Assembly (NCBI GenBank): GCA_002104945.1
Contig: MCFH01000003.1
Location: 1 to 64,000, forward strand
Source: Piromyces finnis finn
Lineage: Eukaryota; Fungi; Neocallimastigomycota
DNA: 64,000 bases
Direction: 5' to 3'
Notes under the pieces: model-generated
Databases searched by the model: none
Told to the model about the DNA's origin: nothing
What the model saw: the letters and a program-made list of their open reading frames with translations, nothing else
Translations under genes and position numbers: made by a program
Shown here: piece after piece, positions 59,704 to 64,000 of the stretch
Layout: every line of letters begins with the position of its first letter
Position numbering within the stretch: the stretch's first letter is position 1

Positions 59704-60325
59704 TGTCAAAAAGCGATTTTTTATTAAAGAAAAGTGTGGTAAGCACACTAGTTATATTAATTAATAAATATAATACGCTTTCCTATTGAAGGCGTAAAGC
59801 TAATAATATTTATATAAAGAAAATTAAATAATATTTTTATTTTAGCAATAACTTAATATCAGCATATATTAAGTTATTAAAAATATTAAAATTTTTAAAG
59901 TTTTAGGTTTTATAGGAGTTTATAAATTTTATTAACTTTAAGTTAAAAAATTACTAACGCTAAAGCTTCGTAATTTTTGTCAATTTTTGTTCTTTTTATA
60001 TATGAACAATTTTAATTATTACATTTTTTAATTTTAATTAATTATTATCTAATTATAAAATATTTAATTTTTATAAATTAATAATTAATATAATTATTGT
60101 AAATAGTTAATAAATAAATTTAAATTAAAATTTTTAATAATAAAATTTTAAAAATTTTAAAAAATTTAATAATTTCAAATATTAGAAATTTTATACTTTG
60201 AAATTTTTTAATAAAAATTTAAAAAATAAATTTTTTCAAATTTTCAAATTTTCAAATTTTGAAAATATTTTTAATTTTTTCCATGTGTCCAAATTTTTTA
60301 AATTTTTATATATGTTATTGTGACA
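59704..60325 (-). repeat. Probable G-related LTR (K, 622 bp)
   Basis: TGTCA...TGACA termini. On the minus strand TATAAAAA lies 31 nt before AGCGTTAGT, the G primer sequence. No TSD confirmed. Confidence 0.55.
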
Positions 60326-60384
60326 AATTTTTTGATAAAGAATGAAATTTATAAATAATGAATTAATAGAATAGCTGATTTTAA

Positions 60385-61604
60385 TGTCAAGAATAGAAGA
60401 CGATTAAAAAATAAATTAAATATTCAAATAAATAATTTAAAAATCAAATTTATATTTCAAAAATTATAAAACACTTTTTAAAATAATTAAAAAGATCACT
60501 TGGAAAAATTTAATATTGAAAAGGGTTAAGGATCACAAAAATTTAATTTTCAATAAATTAACCCTTGAGAAGAAAATGTGCTATACGAAACTAATGATAA
60601 CTTCTGAATCTCGCGTCCTATTTTCCTTTTCTAGAGACTTCAAATTAAATTTATTAGAAAGTACTAGTTGAGATCTATATTCTCACAAATTTTCAGCTAA
60701 TTTAGACCACTAGTTCTTGAGATATAGCTATTTAAAGAATTAATTAGTTCCAATAAATATATAATAATATATATTAAAATGATTAATATTAATTTATATA
60801 ATTAAAGTCATTATTCAAGTCATCCAACTTTCTATAAATAATTCAATTTAAAAATTCTCCATTATTATTAAATAAGGTTAGATAATAAATATTCTTGATT
60901 ATAAACCTAATCAATTATAAAAATTAATTAATAATTTTTCAAATAATTTTGATTAATAACCTCAATCATAATCAAACCAAAAAAGCCTTTGGATCAAAAA
61001 TCATTAGTTATAATTATTAATTAATTGATCATGAGAATATATAATTAGTATCAGTAATTGTTATTCTCAATTTATAATATTAAGTATTTACAATTTAAAA
61101 TGGTTAAAACAATACTTTTATTTTAAAAGTAATTTAAAAGATTAATCTTAAGATCTATCATATGAATTCATATTATTAATATCAATATCAATTATTAATA
61201 TTTTAATTTAAAATTATTTTATTTTTTCTTTATTATTAATATCAATATTAAAATCAATGTAATTTTATTATATGTAAGAAAAAAGTATTTAAACAAAGAA
61301 TTGAAATCAATTTTGAAATTCTTTGTAAGATTATTAATTATTAATTATTAATTATAATATAACTTAATAAATATTATCTTAATAAATAAATAATTAATAA
61401 ACAAATTTCATAATTAAATTATATTAAAATTTTTATTTTAAATATAAAAACCTATTTAATTTTTAAATTAGTATTATTTAAATTCTTTAATAAGTTCTGA
61501 GAAAAGATTTAATAATAAATAAGTTTAATATTTTATTGGTAAATTAAGTTATATTATATGAAACATTCTGACCAAGTTACATACCAATCCTAGCTCACTC
61601 AACA
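60385..61604 (+). repeat. D-like diverged solo LTR (1220 bp)
   Basis: TGTCAAG...TCAACA termini, TSD TTTAA, collinear with the D LTR (AAAGGGTTA, AACCCTT, ACATTCTGACC). Confidence 0.82.
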
Positions 61605-61609
61605 TTTAA

Positions 61610-62645
61610 TGTCACGAATACTAGTGGAATCTACAATTTCAAGATCACTTGAAATTGTGAAATTACTTATAAAATTTCAAAATCAATAATATTTTATTTT
61701 CAAATAAATTATAAAATTATATTAAGAAATATTTAAAAAATTTATAAAAGGTTAAGATATGACCTTAACCCTTAATATTTTATAACAAATAACTTTAACC
61801 CTTATCGTCAAAATTAAATTAGGAAAAACATGTGTATCTCCTCAACGAATGGCGATTTTGGATAATTGTGTTTTTGGGAGATTGTGGGTTCGTTAGAAAG
61901 CCACGCTCGAGATGAACAACATATCTTAAAATCAGGTCGATATCTCTGCTGGTTCACGAGATATTCCAATTTAAAGATATTTTGTTAGTAATAATTAATT
62001 GTTTATTCAGAGAATGATCACCCCTGATGTATTGAACATAAATCATTCACCCAAAAGGATATAAATTATTGTTTTAATTAAATTAAAATTATTTTCCGGA
62101 ATTAATTAACTTTATTTTATAATAATTATTTCAATAACATAACTTATAATCTTTGAATTAAAAGATTATAAATTATTAATATTATATTCAATGAATTATA
62201 TTATAATTAAGAAATAACTAATATTATGAATATATAAATAATAGTTATTTTTAATAATTAGTAATAAGTCTTAAGTTTAACCTTAGTATTATAAAATATA
62301 TTATAAAAAATAATCATGTATTAAAAAGTTATTTTATTATTAAACGTAAAATTACAAATAGTATAAATAGTTTAGAATAGTTTTATGAATTAAATCTTTG
62401 TAAAGATTATTACCTTATTAATACTTAACAAGTATTACTATTAAATAATCTTATTATTATATATACTCTTCAAATAAAATAAAAAGAAATTATTTTAACT
62501 ATAATACATAATTTAATTATTATTATTCATTTATAAAACAATTAAGATTATTTTAATAAAACATTTTTTCTAACCTAGTTATCTTTAATCTTTTATTTAA
62601 TTTAATATTTTAATATTAAATTATAAGTTTAATAAAACTTTTACA
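61610..62645 (+). repeat. C-like diverged LTR (1036 bp)
   Basis: TGTCACGAATACTAG...AAAACTTTTACA, strongly similar to the C LTR with deletions. No PBS or TSD seen. Confidence 0.9.
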
Positions 62646-62649
62646 AAAA

Positions 62650-64000
62650 TGTATACATTTTTCATGTTTTATTTTATTAATATTTTATAAATGTAACAAT
62701 ACTTATTATGTAATATGTGTAATGTAAATTAAATTGTAGTTTTATTTTAAATTATATTAAACATTTTATTTAATTATTTAGTATATTTTATTATCTAAAT
62801 TAAAATTAAAGTAAAATTGATAGGAACCGGATATTAAATATTTTTCCTATCACAAATAGGTTTTGATTTAATTATTCGGTGATTAATAAGAATAGATTAT
62901 TAATCGAAATCCTTCTAGGGTTTTCTTATCTAGTCTTTCCCTAGAAGATTTATTTGTTAGACTAGAAAATTCTTTAATTTAACCCAAAACTTTAAAATTC
63001 TTATAAATAAAACAACTCTTGAATTTAATTAAAAAATTCAAGAGTTATTATTTTTTCTTTGTAAGAAAAAAATAAACTCAAAACTTATTAAGAGAAGTTT
63101 TAATAAAATTTCTTAAAAAAAATTATTATTCAATAATTTAAAATAAGAATAAAACAAAACATTAAAGATACGTATTACTCATTTTGTGAATATAGTTATA
63201 TTATTATATTAATTACAGTGTATTATTACATTGTAGTTAAGAATGTACATATATAATTAAAATTATATATTAAATTCTTACAATAATAACTCTTCAAAAA
63301 AACAAAAAAAAAATTTATTTTTACCAATCAAAAATTAAAAAAAAATTCATATATACTAACAAATTTACCATTAATTTAATTTTTTTTCCTTTTTCTTTTA
63401 GGATATATATCAAAAAATAAATACAAAAAAAAAAAAAAAAATAATGTCAGAAAACACAAACGTTGCGGATGCTAATAAATTAATAACTACTATTAATGAA
63501 TTCATCCCAACATTCTTTTCACCTAATGGTGTTCTTGAGAACAAGTCAAGTACTCAAGAACTTAGATTAAACGAAATTTTCGGACAAGCCGAATTATTCT
63601 TTAAAGAGCACCCAACACCGTCCTCCTCCGACGAATTCAAAAACTCCTTTATCATCAACAAACTTCATGGGCCTTCCAAGAAATGGGCTCTTTCGATAAA
63701 AGGAGATGGAACTTTAGACTCCCTGGACTACTCCTCTTTCAAAAAACTCTTGATCAAGAACTTTGGTGATACAAAAGAATTAAAGTTTGTCCTTATAGAG
63801 CAACTACTAAACACAAAACAGATTACTTTGGGAAAAGCTGCCTTCTTTACTATTGAATTTAGAAGACTCGCAAACCGCATAGATTGGCCGGATAATGTTT
63901 TCGTTGACCTTATTAGAAGAGGCCTTCTACCAGAAGTTAAGAAAGAATTTGATAAAATAGAAAAACCGAAATCACTCTTTGATGATATGAATCTCATCAT
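62650..64000 (+). mobile_element. 5' part of E-related element J (LTR ends 63282, start uncertain at 62650 or 62692; PBS ATAATAACTCT 63283-63293)
   Basis: LTR motifs are collinear with E and the self-priming complement is at 63041-63051. Confidence 0.85.
63444..64000 (+). CDS. J Gag (N-terminal part, runs off the window; absent from the ORF track)
   Basis: MSENTNVADANKLITTINEFIPTFFSPNGV...SFIINKLHG...TIEFRRLANRIDWPD, homologous to E Gag. Confidence 0.88.
   Translation, partial: MSENTNVADANKLITTINEFIPTFFSPNGVLENKSSTQELRLNEIFGQAELFFKEHPTPSSSDEFKNSFIINKLHGPSKKWALSIKGDGTLDSLDYSSFKKLLIKNFGDTKELKFVLIEQLLNTKQITLGKAAFFTIEFRRLANRIDWPDNVFVDLIRRGLLPEVKKEFDKIEKPKSLFDDMNLI

Overview
The window is an extremely AT-rich eukaryotic locus with no host protein-coding genes. 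An anaerobic gut fungus (Neocallimastigomycota) is my inference from composition and TE types. It is a nest of LTR retrotransposons around two convergent tRNA genes: Arg-TCT at 36750-36823 (+) and Ser-TGA at 40760-40841 (-). It holds seven (near) full-length Ty3/gypsy elements (A1, B, C, D, E, F, A2), two truncated ones (G, J), a small internally deleted element (H), a Ty1/copia relic and several solo LTRs. Family letters are my own labels. Target-site duplications (TSDs) and split host elements point to two nested inversions: about 47-52 kb between the inverted copies A1/A2, and about 9.9 kb between two C-family LTRs. Six families (A, B, C, D, E with its relative J, and G) carry Tf1-type self-priming sites; F and H use tRNA-Ala. 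C, D and F have canonical -1 frameshift signals. Both tRNA genes have insertions stacked 12-16 bp upstream. The most unexpected feature is a ~700-nt non-coding, covarying, multi-domain structured segment shared by the 5' leaders of two distantly related elements (B and F). All identity statements are by eye; no alignments or database searches were run.
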